DNA from: Candidatus Levyibacteriota bacterium
GTDB lineage: Bacteria > Patescibacteriota > Microgenomatia > Levybacterales > UBA12049
Direction: 5' to 3'
Length of the DNA: 64,000 nt
NCBI GenBank assembly: GCA_027459745.1
Contig: DAIDHL010000003.1
Coordinates: 129,125 to 193,124, forward strand
The translations under genes were made by a program, and so were the position numbers. The notes beneath the pieces were generated by a model that was given only the letters and a program-made list of their open reading frames with translations, searched no databases and had not been told where the DNA came from. Shown here piece by piece: positions 10,961 through 21,214 of the stretch. Position 1 is the stretch's first letter; each line of letters begins with the position of its first letter.

Positions 10961-11707
10961 ATGATTAATGAGCTCTCTATCATTATTCCTACATATAATG
11001 AAGAACATTACTTAGCTAAAACACTTCGTTCAATACAAAGACAAAAATTGCCTTCTCTCTTTGAAACAATAATTGTAGATGGATATTCAGAAGATAAAAC
11101 TTTGCAAGTTGCGAAATCTTTTCAAAACAAAATACATCATCTTTCAATTGTAAATACAAAACGCGGTACGGGACACCAAAGAAATGTTGGCGCACATAAA
11201 GCAAAATATAAATATGTACTTTTTTTAGATGCAGACATTATATTAAGTAAAAATCTTATTCCCCGTTTAATGCACGAAGCCAAATCAGATGAAGATTTTA
11301 TCTCCATGGTCACTGTATGGACAACAAGTAAAAATTTTTCAGACAATTTATTACTTGCTTTATGTTATCCGTTTATAATTTTGTTTTATCTTCTTAATCC
11401 TACTCCAGGCGCTGGTTTTATTTTCACTACCAAACATAACCATAAAAAAATTAATGGTTTTAACGAAAAAGCTATTTTAGGTGAAGATGCTGATTATGGC
11501 ACCAGATCATTAAAAGCAGGCGCTAAACCTCATTTTTATTTTTCTTTTCTAGTTTTCCATTCCGCTCGTAGAGCTGAAGAAATGGGTTTTTTGCAAATGT
11601 TATTTTTTTGGGCCAAAACTTATTTGTATATCAAAAAATATGGCCCTGTAATTGATAACAAAAAATTTAACTATCCTTACGGTCATTATAAAGGCATAAG
11701 TAGTTAA
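10961..11707 (+). CDS. Glycosyltransferase family 2
   Basis: SIIIPTYNEE, VDGYSED, RNVGA, FLDAD, GFNE and GEDAD. Confidence 0.9.
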   Translation: MINELSIIIPTYNEEHYLAKTLRSIQRQKLPSLFETIIVDGYSEDKTLQVAKSFQNKIHHLSIVNTKRGTGHQRNVGAHKAKYKYVLFLDADIILSKNLIPRLMHEAKSDEDFISMVTVWTTSKNFSDNLLLALCYPFIILFYLLNPTPGAGFIFTTKHNHKKINGFNEKAILGEDADYGTRSLKAGAKPHFYFSFLVFHSARRAEEMGFLQMLFFWAKTYLYIKKYGPVIDNKKFNYPYGHYKGISS

Positions 11708-11761
11708 GATTCGATAAGCAGAATGATTTAGCACAAAATTGGATTTGGATTTAAATCAGAT

Positions 11762-12982
11762 TTACTGATTAGGAGCACTAGCCAAGGTAGCATTTAAAGT
11801 AGACGTATTCCCACTTCTCCAATAAGTTATATTAATAGTCTGACCAACTTTCTTTTTGGAAATAATATCTGAAAGTGCATTGGTTGTATTAAGAGTTTGA
11901 CCATCAATTTTTGTGATAATATCGCCCTGTTGTAGCCCTGCTGAATCAGCCGGAGAGCCAGACACTACTTGAGCGATATAGGCACCTTGTGGAACATTAT
12001 CTAAAATAGCCTGATTACGATCGATCATTTTGTATTGCACACCTAGATAAGGATAGGTAAATTTACCACCATTTTGGTTAAAATTATTTAATGCATCCTT
12101 TACCGTATTTATAGGCAATGCAAAACCAATATTTTGTCCACTTTGTGCAACAGCAGTATTAATACCAATAACCTGATTAGAATCATTAATTAAAGGCCCA
12201 CCTGAGTTACCGGGATTAATCGCAGCACTAGTCTGAATAACATCACTTAAGTTTTCTGTTTCACCCGCAAATTGATCACCAGCTGTTATACCTCTCCCCA
12301 AACCAGAAATGACACCAGTTGTGACTGTATTTCTGAATTCTCCTAGTGCTGTTCCAATGGCAACAACAAATTGACCAACCTGTAAGTTGTTGGAATTCCC
12401 TAAGGTTACCGGTTTTAGAGTTTGACCTGGATTATCGGAAGGATTAATTTTAATGACCGCAATATCATTTTGTGGATCTTGATAAATCTGCTGAACTTTG
12501 TATGTCTTATCATTGCTAGTGATAACTACATAAGTACCCGGATCCGAAACAACATGCTTATTGGTTACCACTAAACCATCTGAGGAAATAATAAAACCTG
12601 AGCCAATTGCTACGGGTGTATTGCCGCTGCCGCCCGAACTATTTCCACCATTATTACTACTGCCTCCTCCACTACCAAAAGGAGAACCGAACATACCTCC
12701 AAATGGATCGAAAAGCGGATTTAACTGTTGCTGATTTTGACTATTTGAAGAAGTTTCTTCTATCGTTACAACTGACGGACCGACTTTCTTGACTGCATTA
12801 ATAGTAACTGACTCTTCACTTACAACTCTTACTGTCTGAGTTGATCCAGAGGAAGAATTGTTACTGACATTTTGTCCCGAGATATAATTTCCAACTTGCG
12901 GCAAATAGACTTGTACTCCACTATATACCCCCAGTATAACAACTAAAACTACTATTAGAATTATCAATTTTCTCATATTCAT
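11762..12982 (-). CDS. htrA: HtrA/DegP serine protease with PDZ domain
   Basis: GSGF, TNKHVV, DIAV, INPGNSGGPL, C-terminal PDZ. Confidence 0.93.
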   Translation of the reverse strand: MNMRKLIILIVVLVVILGVYSGVQVYLPQVGNYISGQNVSNNSSSGSTQTVRVVSEESVTINAVKKVGPSVVTIEETSSNSQNQQQLNPLFDPFGGMFGSPFGSGGGSSNNGGNSSGGSGNTPVAIGSGFIISSDGLVVTNKHVVSDPGTYVVITSNDKTYKVQQIYQDPQNDIAVIKINPSDNPGQTLKPVTLGNSNNLQVGQFVVAIGTALGEFRNTVTTGVISGLGRGITAGDQFAGETENLSDVIQTSAAINPGNSGGPLINDSNQVIGINTAVAQSGQNIGFALPINTVKDALNNFNQNGGKFTYPYLGVQYKMIDRNQAILDNVPQGAYIAQVVSGSPADSAGLQQGDIITKIDGQTLNTTNALSDIISKKKVGQTINITYWRSGNTSTLNATLASAPNQ

Positions 12983-13035
12983 GTAGGTCTAAAAAATAAT
13001 AATCCCTCAACCTTAAATATTCCTGAAAGAAACCC

Positions 13036-14322
13036 CTATTCTTGTAACAAGGTCTCAATACCTGCTTCCAATTGAGTATCATGTGTTGGATCTTTAGGAT
13101 TTAAAGCTGCAGTTACATCTGGATGAAGACCTGTACCATTTTTACCATTACCAACCCAAGTACCATTTGGTGTAAGCCATTTGGCGATCGTAACATGTAA
13201 TCCTGCCCCATTACCCAAATCTTCTGCATCCTGCACAGTTCCTTTCCCAAAGGATTTTTCACCTACCAATTTCGCACGATTGTTATCACGTAATGCTCCC
13301 GAAACAATTTCACTAGCAGAAGCAGACCCGCCATCAATTAATACGACCATAGGAACATTTTGCAATACACCAGCTCTATCCACAGTTAATGCTTTTATGT
13401 TTCCATAAGCATCTTCTTGCTTCACAACTGTGGCACCCTGCGGAAGGAATTCTGAAGCTATATAAAGCGCATCTGTTAATAATCCACCAGGATTTTCACG
13501 TAAATCTAACACTACGCCTTTAATATTGGAGTTCTTTTTAAGCTGTAAAGCCAAATTATTAACCACGGGACTCCACTCCTGATCTGTCTGTTCGCCAAAT
13601 TCTGATAATCTAATATATGCAATTTGCTCATTTTTCTGATTTAGCAAAGCGCTCGCAGATGCGTTAATAGTAGGTATATCTTTTATTGCCTTCACCCATG
13701 AGCTAACAGTTTTTACATTTATATTGTCGCGCGTGATAATTATATCTTTGGCATTATTACTACCTTTAGGTAAAATAGTTAAGGTAACTTGTGTACCTTT
13801 GGGACCTTTAATCATATTCACAACTGTGTTCAAATCCATCCCCGTAATATCTTGTCCATTAACTTTTTCAATAATATCCCCAGACTTCAATCCAGCTTTT
13901 TGAGCAGGACTACCATCTAGAGGTGCCATAATTAGGACTTGTTTGTTATTTGTCGTTAATTCCGCTCCAATACCTTGAAATTGTCCAGAGATTTGTTGTT
14001 TGAATGCGGTATTATTAGTAGGAGGTAAATACATCGTGAAAGGATCATTCAGGGTACTTATCATACCCGAGATTGCTCCATTGACCATATTTTGTCCATT
14101 GATAGCTTTACGGTCATAAAAGTTAGTTTCAATTGCCTGAGCTACGGTCCAAAATGGAGCCATATCCATAGTCTGCATGCCGGCAGGAGGTTCTTGATTT
14201 ACGATGGATAGCTGAGGATGATAATTTTGCCAATCAAGTGTAATCTTATATATACCCCATAAATACCCCACTATACCAGCAATAATGACAAAAAGAATAA
14301 CTCTAAGTGATGAAGATTTCAT
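13036..14322 (-). CDS. ctpA: Carboxyl-terminal processing protease, family S41
   Basis: DPFT, GIGA PDZ, DLRENPGG, SASASEI and SFGKGTVQ. Confidence 0.92.
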   Translation of the reverse strand: MKSSSLRVILFVIIAGIVGYLWGIYKITLDWQNYHPQLSIVNQEPPAGMQTMDMAPFWTVAQAIETNFYDRKAINGQNMVNGAISGMISTLNDPFTMYLPPTNNTAFKQQISGQFQGIGAELTTNNKQVLIMAPLDGSPAQKAGLKSGDIIEKVNGQDITGMDLNTVVNMIKGPKGTQVTLTILPKGSNNAKDIIITRDNINVKTVSSWVKAIKDIPTINASASALLNQKNEQIAYIRLSEFGEQTDQEWSPVVNNLALQLKKNSNIKGVVLDLRENPGGLLTDALYIASEFLPQGATVVKQEDAYGNIKALTVDRAGVLQNVPMVVLIDGGSASASEIVSGALRDNNRAKLVGEKSFGKGTVQDAEDLGNGAGLHVTIAKWLTPNGTWVGNGKNGTGLHPDVTAALNPKDPTHDTQLEAGIETLLQE

Positions 14323-14360
14323 ATTGATTTTAACTTCGTGAAAACTGTTCCAACTGGATG

Positions 14361-15131
14361 TTATTCCAAGAACAAAATAGTACTAGTTGATCCTTCAAGA
14401 TAAGCATTTTTACCTGATTTTTTACTTAATTTTACTAACTGGTCTTCTTCTATCAAAACGATTGGCACCAGCATATTACGCTGAATTAAATATTCAATAT
14501 CCTCGGGTAAAATTGTTGTAGCAATGATTCCCAAACTCTCCAGTCCAATCGCCTTAATCAGAGCATCTCTATGCAAAGACCTTGCCAAGACAACCTTGTT
14601 GGTAATCGAACTGTTGAGCTGGATCATCAACTGTTGCGAGTCTGCAGGAGTAAGAACACTAGGTAAAACATATATTGGGCCCTGAGCGTTTTTACCAAAA
14701 CCACTTATCCCCTGTACAATACTCTCATTGGTATCAATGACAATTTGCTCATTATTGCACATTTGCACAACACCATCAATAGGACTTATTATTTCTTTGG
14801 TTTCGCCAATTTCCCCTCCTACAGTTAAATCCCCAGTCTCCGAATCAAGTCGTGTAATCATGCCAGAAATATTACTGAGGAGTTTAACTTTGGAAAATCC
14901 CATACTCTTTTTCTTAGTGGCAATGACATCCCCCTTTTCCAAACTATCTCCTGGCCGTCTTAAAAGCAAACCTTCTACTTTATGAGGGGCTACGTGCAAA
15001 ACTTGAGCGACATGTATTACATGCTCATCTGAAGCTTCTTGTTTGGCAAGCAATTGTCCTTTGTTAACAGCCTCACCCTGTTTTACAAAAACAGTTGCAT
15101 CTTTAGGTAAGGGGATGGGCAAGGAAACCAT
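14361..15131 (-). CDS. Conserved hypothetical protein with barrel-sandwich (biotinyl/lipoyl-like) repeats
   Basis: VKQGEAVNKGQLLA, PGDSLEKGDVIA and SPIDGVV motifs. Confidence 0.55.
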   Translation of the reverse strand: MVSLPIPLPKDATVFVKQGEAVNKGQLLAKQEASDEHVIHVAQVLHVAPHKVEGLLLRRPGDSLEKGDVIATKKKSMGFSKVKLLSNISGMITRLDSETGDLTVGGEIGETKEIISPIDGVVQMCNNEQIVIDTNESIVQGISGFGKNAQGPIYVLPSVLTPADSQQLMIQLNSSITNKVVLARSLHRDALIKAIGLESLGIIATTILPEDIEYLIQRNMLVPIVLIEEDQLVKLSKKSGKNAYLEGSTSTILFLE

Positions 15132-15231
15132 ATAGTTTATTGTATTTAGTATAAAGTATTATGTATAGTCTAGCAAGCCAATATCATAAGTTATTATTGA
15201 GCTACCTAGCTGAAGAAGATTTGAAATATTA

Positions 15232-15423
15232 TTAACGAGATAAGAGTGTAGATAGCTGAGGAACGGCTCGTTTACAGGCATTAAAGACTTCTTTTCTTAA
15301 AGCTTGGGGTGTTTTGGTAAAATAAATTCCTCCACGATCTTCATAAATACCACCTAAATTAGTACTGGCAAGTAAATGAAAATCTCCTGTTAAACGTTGA
15401 AAGCGTTCTTTATTTGCAATCAT
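15232..15423 (-). CDS. Small hypothetical protein directly downstream of rpsR
   Basis: ATG lies 3 nt after the rpsR stop; 63 aa. Confidence 0.4.
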   Translation of the reverse strand: MIANKERFQRLTGDFHLLASTNLGGIYEDRGGIYFTKTPQALRKEVFNACKRAVPQLSTLLSR

Positions 15424-15426
15424 ACA

Positions 15427-15672
15427 TTATCCTCGAGAGAGGAAAGGAAGAAGAGCTAAATGACGCGCATATTTAATGGCCTTAGTTAAGGCTCTCTGAT
15501 TTTTGGCATTTAGACCACTGCGACTTCGTGGTAAAATCTTCCCGCGTTCAGTTAAAAACATTTTTAAAGTGTTTACATCTCCATAATATGGAGTTTTTTT
15601 ATTGTCCACAAAATAATCTGTACGTGGAGTTTGTACTTTTTGTATTCTTCTTTTGGTTACTTGTTTTTTCAT
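15427..15672 (-). CDS. rpsR: 30S ribosomal protein S18
   Basis: [15 protein letters not shown]...[18 protein letters not shown]. Confidence 0.97.
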   Translation of the reverse strand: MKKQVTKRRIQKVQTPRTDYFVDNKKTPYYGDVNTLKMFLTERGKILPRSRSGLNAKNQRALTKAIKYARHLALLPFLSRG

Positions 15673-15709
15673 ATATTTTGTTTTTTATCTTATTGCTTCT
15701 CTTTATCTG

Positions 15710-16195
15710 TTAAAAAGGAATATCATCCGGTGATATTTCTTCTTCTCCACCTGCCTGAGATTCAACTCTTTCTTCTTTTTCTTCATGCTTGACAGGTGCT
15801 TTAGCCTTACGTGCTGGAGCAGCCTCTTCATGAACTGATTCACTTGCACCTGCACTTTGACCTTTGTTATCCAATAAAATCATATCATCGATCACAATTT
15901 CGGTCGTAGTGCGTTGTTGATTGTCTTGTGTTGTCCAACTTCGTGTCGATAGTCTACCTTCAACATACACTTTTCGTCCTTTGACCAAGAACTGACTACA
16001 AAGTTCTCCCAACTTATTCCAGGCTACTATACGATGATATTCTGTTTCTTCATGTTTTTCACCCGTATCAGTTGTCCAAGAACGATTGGTAGCCAAGCTA
16101 AATGAACAAACAGCCGTTCCGCTAGGCGTATAACGCAATTCAGGATCGCGTGTCAAATTACCAATCAATTGTACTCGATTCAAACTTCTTGCCAT
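15710..16195 (-). CDS. ssb: Single-stranded DNA-binding protein
   Basis: LNRVQLIGNLTRDPELRYT; acidic tail DDIPF. Confidence 0.98.
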   Translation of the reverse strand: MARSLNRVQLIGNLTRDPELRYTPSGTAVCSFSLATNRSWTTDTGEKHEETEYHRIVAWNKLGELCSQFLVKGRKVYVEGRLSTRSWTTQDNQQRTTTEIVIDDMILLDNKGQSAGASESVHEEAAPARKAKAPVKHEEKEERVESQAGGEEEISPDDIPF

Positions 16196-16202
16196 ATCTG
16201 TT

Positions 16203-16281
16203 AGTTATAAAGTTTGTAAAGTTCATAAAGTTATAAAATTACCTCCCCTTTATAAACTTTATAAACTTTTAACTTTATAAA
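16203..16281. repeat. Inverted arrays of (T)TTATAAAG/CTTTATAA units between rpsF and ssb
   Basis: agttataaagtttgtaaagttcataaagttataaa...tttataaactttataaacttttaactttataaact. Confidence 0.65.
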
Positions 16282-16557
16282 CTATTTAGTTCTTATTAAT
16301 AAATGTCTCAAAACTTCGTCTGTTTGTAATAATCTTCTTTCTACATCAGAAGGGAGACTTTCGCCTTCCAATTGTAGCATAACAAAATAACCTGCTTGTT
16401 CTTTCTTGATAGGATAAGCCAAAGGCTTTTGTCCCCATTCTTCCTCTTTGCTTACTTTTACGTCTTTCAACCAATCTTTAACTGTTTCCAAAAGCTTTTT
16501 TCTAGCTTTATCATCAAGCTTTGGCCGAAAAACTATAGTTAATTCATACTTTCGCAT
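16282..16557 (-). CDS. rpsF: 30S ribosomal protein S6
   Basis: MRKYELTIVF, WGQKPLAYPIKK and VLRHL; synteny rpsF-ssb-rpsR. Start set at 16557. Confidence 0.96.
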   Translation of the reverse strand: MRKYELTIVFRPKLDDKARKKLLETVKDWLKDVKVSKEEEWGQKPLAYPIKKEQAGYFVMLQLEGESLPSDVERRLLQTDEVLRHLLIRTK

Positions 16558-16742
16558 AACTAGCTGTAATTTTACTATACTCACGCTCTCGAGGCAAGTA
16601 GTAGATTCTAAATAACCTAACGCCTGTTCTCTACCTCATATTTCACAAATCGAAAGAGTTCGAAGCAGAAAGCCATACGCTAAAGGCCTATTTAATTCTT
16701 TTATGGTAATTAATTATAGGCTTTGTTATAATCCATTTTAAT

Positions 16743-17825
16743 ATGTCTTACACAGAAAGATTCACTCCATCTCGTGAAAACTTACGTAATCCTGAAAGAT
16801 TACCTTCAACTAATTTACGCTTTGCTGAATATGTACCCAGCACGATATTAACTAATGATCATATCGTTGGTTGGAATATTCCCACACGAAACGGTACCTT
16901 AACCGCGGAAGAAATAAAAAGCAGAACTGGTGTAGAGCGCCGTTTTATCGCTGATCCAGAAGAGACGCAGTTAACCATGGCTACTATGGCTTTGGACCGC
17001 TTAGGTTTGCGACCAAGTCAGATAGATGCACTTTTTGTTTCTACGAGTCATGCTACCCTCATAAATCTAGCTCAGTCTTTACGTGATGAATTCGGTATGT
17101 CATCTCGTACACAAGTTATGGACGTTCACGCTGCTTGTTCCGGTACCGTCCGTGCTCTAGGAGAGATTAAAGAAAATGAAGCCGAATTTCAAGGTAAAAA
17201 TGTTGTGTTGTTGGCCAGTGAATTATATTCGCGAAGTTTGGTAGATTTATCTAAACCGGATGGGATAACAAAAGATCCTTCCTTAGCCCAAACTCTATTC
17301 ACGGACGGGGCAGTTGCTATGTCTGGTATATATGGCCAAGACTTTCGCGTTTTAGCTGCTCAACATAAATATTTGGGTGAAGAATATCGAGATCTTATTC
17401 GCATGCCTCAACAAACTGGATTTACACAACCAGCTATTGTAGAACCTGTTCCCCAATCAGAAACTGGTCGTTTTATACAAAATGGGAATGGAGTCTATAA
17501 ATTAGTTCGACGATTAATTCCGCCCATGGTACGACAATTAGTAAGTGACTCCGGATTAACACCTGAGGATATTCAATTGATTATCCCCCACCAAGGCAGC
17601 GGCCGCATGGTCGAAGGTTTAGCTCAGGATTTTGAAGCTGACTTCGCAGGCAAAACCATGGCTGACTATCGCGATGGAAATTTGTCCTCTGGATCGGTTT
17701 TGCGTGCAATGAAACGAGCTTTTGGCAATGGACAATTACAATTTGGCCAAAACGTCGTGTTACAACAATTTGGAGCGGGTATGTTTGCTGCGGGAGCCGT
17801 AGTAAATTTTCCTCGCGTGGCTTAG
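16743..17825 (+). CDS. 3-oxoacyl-ACP synthase III (FabH)-like protein, divergent
   Basis: RTGVERR, AACSG (Cys), IPHQGS (His), GNLSS (Asn) and FGAG. Confidence 0.85.
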   Translation: MSYTERFTPSRENLRNPERLPSTNLRFAEYVPSTILTNDHIVGWNIPTRNGTLTAEEIKSRTGVERRFIADPEETQLTMATMALDRLGLRPSQIDALFVSTSHATLINLAQSLRDEFGMSSRTQVMDVHAACSGTVRALGEIKENEAEFQGKNVVLLASELYSRSLVDLSKPDGITKDPSLAQTLFTDGAVAMSGIYGQDFRVLAAQHKYLGEEYRDLIRMPQQTGFTQPAIVEPVPQSETGRFIQNGNGVYKLVRRLIPPMVRQLVSDSGLTPEDIQLIIPHQGSGRMVEGLAQDFEADFAGKTMADYRDGNLSSGSVLRAMKRAFGNGQLQFGQNVVLQQFGAGMFAAGAVVNFPRVA

Positions 17826-17851
17826 ATCTGTAATTATTTTTTACTAACTGA

Positions 17852-18931
17852 TTAAAAATACTTCTGACTTTTTCCAACTGGTTTTTGTAGTCCATTCATC
17901 ACCATGAATCCCCCATTGTAATTTAGTCCCGCGCCAAAGCTGGTCCACAAAACTTTATGATTTCTTTGCATTCTGCCATCTACATAAGCCTCATACATCG
18001 CTACTGGCACAGTCGAAGTCGAAGTATTACCATACTTGTCTATCGTTACGACGACTTTTTTCATCGGAATTCCCAACGCCTCCGCAGTGTCTCTCATAAT
18101 TGCCAGATTAGCTTGATGCGGGACAAATAGATCCACTTCTTCAATCGGCATCTTTGCTTTTTTTAAAGCTTGCTCTGCGACTTGTTTCATTCGGAGAACT
18201 GCTTGTTCATGAATTACTGGCCCATTCATCGTCAAGGCATGTTCATCATTTTGGACTGTTTCTAAAGAAGTAGGCCTTCTGCTTCCTCCTGCTTTCACGC
18301 CCAAATCATCAGCGAATTTCCCATCCAAACCAAACGCAAAACCCATATTAATTGGTACTCCTGGATCTGGAGTTACCATGGTTACCAAAGCAGCACCAGC
18401 AGCATCGCCAAAAAGAAGACTATCGCGAACACGAGGGCTTAAATTGGTACTAATTACTTCTGCACCTACAGCTGCCTGCACTCCTCCTCTCCCATAAGGG
18501 CTACTTAAATCAGTAACTGTATTATAAAAAGTATAGGTCCAACCAGGACATGCATCAGCGTTATTACTTCCCATAACATCATTAGGCAAGTTTAATTTAT
18601 CCTGAACTATAGCTACGGTAGATACCCCTGGCATATCAGGAGAAGTAGATCCTAAACGAATAGCGGTTAAGGCTTCCTTATCAATACCTGTAAGTGCTAA
18701 GCTCTCTTGAATGGCTCGTACGGCTAAATCAGATGTGGCTTCTTCTCCAACTCTGACCCAATATCTTTGACCCATACCAGCCCCACTTGCTCTCATGGCT
18801 CTATCAGTAAAACCAACTTTTTTACCTAAGTAAGCATCTAAATCTGCATTTGTCATCAAGCGTGAGGGTACTGCATGACCAAAACCAACAATTGCGGGAA
18901 TTTGTCCTGTCAATTGCTCTCTATTTCTCAT
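17852..18931 (-). CDS. fabH: 3-oxoacyl-ACP synthase III (FabH)-like protein
   Basis: DACPG, LFGDAAGA, VPHQAN, YGNTS and FGAG. Confidence 0.85.
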   Translation of the reverse strand: MRNREQLTGQIPAIVGFGHAVPSRLMTNADLDAYLGKKVGFTDRAMRASGAGMGQRYWVRVGEEATSDLAVRAIQESLALTGIDKEALTAIRLGSTSPDMPGVSTVAIVQDKLNLPNDVMGSNNADACPGWTYTFYNTVTDLSSPYGRGGVQAAVGAEVISTNLSPRVRDSLLFGDAAGAALVTMVTPDPGVPINMGFAFGLDGKFADDLGVKAGGSRRPTSLETVQNDEHALTMNGPVIHEQAVLRMKQVAEQALKKAKMPIEEVDLFVPHQANLAIMRDTAEALGIPMKKVVVTIDKYGNTSTSTVPVAMYEAYVDGRMQRNHKVLWTSFGAGLNYNGGFMVMNGLQKPVGKSQKYF

Positions 18932-19048
18932 TACAGGAGAATACTAAACAAGAGTTATTAAGTCAACGACCATTTGTCATTGTTAATTTATCATTGGCCA
19001 TTTATTTTACGCTCCTATTTTGTACTCGACCGATCATCTTTTACTTGA

Positions 19049-19750
19049 TTAACCTGTAAACGGTCCTTCATCTTCACTCTCAACTTCATTCAATTTCGGA
19101 GGTGGCGGATATTTTTCAGGATTTATTCTCTCTAGCAACTCATGAACTCCAGCCGCCATTATCTCAATATCTGGTTCTATTGCTGTCACTGATTGAGAAA
19201 ATCGATTATTACTAGACCAAACAATTACTTTTTTAACTAACTCTCCTTGTGAATCGATTTCGTAACTAGTACGATTTGTTAATATTTTAGCATGATCATG
19301 CACAAACTCCTGGGGCTGTTGATCATAATCTTTATCTACAATAACAGGCATCTTTAATTCAAATGAATCTTCGCTATCACCTACTTCGTGACAGGTGAAA
19401 CTTACAAATGGATTCCGTTCGATAAATCTTTGTGACTTAATTGTAAACATTCGAGTTGATCCATCTTTAGAGTTAGGAGTAAATATACAATCAATTCTTT
19501 CGTCACCATTCACAGAAGGAAGGTAAACAATATTTTGTCCATCGTTTTTATATCTCTGCAACATCTCTTGTTTTAATGCTTCCATTTCTCTTCGAATAAG
19601 CATCACTGCTTTTCTATCTCTTTCTGTTTGTGCTGGATTGTCAGGAGGAAATAATTCACGTGGGGGTTGAGCTGGCAATAATTCTCTACGAGGAGGTGTG
19701 GGATCATTCCCTGTAAATGGGTTTATTTCTTGTGATCCATCTGTTGCCAT
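19049..19750 (-). CDS. Hypothetical protein
   Basis: 233-aa ORF with Pro-rich termini and a TAGACT box 7 nt upstream. Confidence 0.6.
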   Translation of the reverse strand: MATDGSQEINPFTGNDPTPPRRELLPAQPPRELFPPDNPAQTERDRKAVMLIRREMEALKQEMLQRYKNDGQNIVYLPSVNGDERIDCIFTPNSKDGSTRMFTIKSQRFIERNPFVSFTCHEVGDSEDSFELKMPVIVDKDYDQQPQEFVHDHAKILTNRTSYEIDSQGELVKKVIVWSSNNRFSQSVTAIEPDIEIMAAGVHELLERINPEKYPPPPKLNEVESEDEGPFTG

Positions 19751-19813
19751 AGCATTTAGTCTACCAGGTTTTTAAAAACAACTATACACTATTCCCAATA
19801 TCCTATACCCAAA

Positions 19814-20917
19814 CTAAGCTCCTATTTTAAACTCGACAACGTCTCCATCTTGCATGATGTAATCTTTACCCTCTAATCTGGCTTTGCCATGTTCGCGGGC
19901 ACCTTTCCAGCCATTAACAGCCACAAAATCGGCATAACTAACTACTTCCGCTTTGATAAATTTCTTAGTGAAATCGGTATGGATGACTCCGGCTGCATCT
20001 GGAGCGACAGAACCTTTTTCTATCATCCAAGCTTTGACTTCTTTTTCTCCACAAGTTAAAAAAGAAATTAAACCCAATCGCTCATAAGCTTTTCGAATCA
20101 AACGTTCCAAACCAGAACCAGAAAAACCCAGATCAGCGATATACATATGTTGTTCACTTTCTTCCAATGCCACCAATTCTGATTCTATTTTGGCGCAAAT
20201 AACGACAATTCTTTCGCGCGAAACTTGTAACATATCAGCATAATGCTCAATCATCTTGAGAGCATTTTCGGCAGTATATTCATCTTCATTTACATTCAAG
20301 ACCAATATTTCTGGTTTGGCGGTCAATAAAAATAACGGCGTTAAGACTGCCAGTTCTTCCTCACTAAATTTAATCTCGCGAGCTGGAATTCCAGCATTGA
20401 GGTTGTCGATTAATTTATCAATGGCTATTTTAACCATGGGATCATCATTTCTTTTGATGCGCGACTGTACATTTTGAGCCGTGGTTAAATCTGCCAAAAT
20501 AAGTTCGGTTTGGATAGTGGCATAGTCATTTTCCGGATCACTACTTCCCTCGCGAATGATATTTTCATCCGTAAAGCCGCGCACCACATGACAAATGACA
20601 CTGACTTCACGAATATGAGATAAAAATTTATTACCCAATCCTGCTCCCTCAGCTGCTCCTTTGACCAAACCTGCGATATCGACAAATTTAACCGTCGCTG
20701 GTTTGAGTGGTGGCAAGCTAGACATTTTTTCTTCTTCTTTGGTGATCTGCGCAAGTTTATTCAATCTGCTATCTGGTACGGCTACAATGCCAATATTTGG
20801 CTCGATGGTCGCAAAAGGATAATTGGCAGCCAGAGCCAATTGTTTTTTCAACAAAGCATTAAATAAAGTGCTCTTGCCAACGTTCGGCAAACCTACTATT
20901 CCGACACTTAAATTCAT
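19814..20917 (-). CDS. ychF: Redox-regulated ATPase YchF
   Basis: GIVGLPNVGKST, ANYPFATIEPN, DIAGLVKGA, GLGNKFL and TGS domain. Confidence 0.98.
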   Translation of the reverse strand: MNLSVGIVGLPNVGKSTLFNALLKKQLALAANYPFATIEPNIGIVAVPDSRLNKLAQITKEEEKMSSLPPLKPATVKFVDIAGLVKGAAEGAGLGNKFLSHIREVSVICHVVRGFTDENIIREGSSDPENDYATIQTELILADLTTAQNVQSRIKRNDDPMVKIAIDKLIDNLNAGIPAREIKFSEEELAVLTPLFLLTAKPEILVLNVNEDEYTAENALKMIEHYADMLQVSRERIVVICAKIESELVALEESEQHMYIADLGFSGSGLERLIRKAYERLGLISFLTCGEKEVKAWMIEKGSVAPDAAGVIHTDFTKKFIKAEVVSYADFVAVNGWKGAREHGKARLEGKDYIMQDGDVVEFKIGA

Positions 20918-20945
20918 ACGATCAGATTATAGCACGATTTAAATC

Positions 20946-21185
20946 TTATCTAAGTTTGCGTGCAATAATTTGTATTTTTTGATCAACCGTCTCTACTGCA
21001 TTTGAAAGATAGTCCAACTTTTTCTCCAATTTATGTATCAAGCTACCCGTGTGATTATAATCAACTACTCCTACGGGAACTCCACATGAAGAGCATTGAA
21101 TAAAATAGAATTTAAAATTTGATTTATTTGGAGAGACTTCTTCTAGCGAAAAGGAGAAGTTACCACAATTTCCACATTTTGACAT
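20946..21185 (-). CDS. Small Zn-ribbon/coiled-coil protein
   Basis: CGNC...CSSC; strong SD (AAGGAGGTGA) upstream. Confidence 0.65.
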   Translation of the reverse strand: MSKCGNCGNFSFSLEEVSPNKSNFKFYFIQCSSCGVPVGVVDYNHTGSLIHKLEKKLDYLSNAVETVDQKIQIIARKLR

Positions 21186-21214
21186 TTTTTCTCACCTCCT
21201 TCAATAAGTATTTT

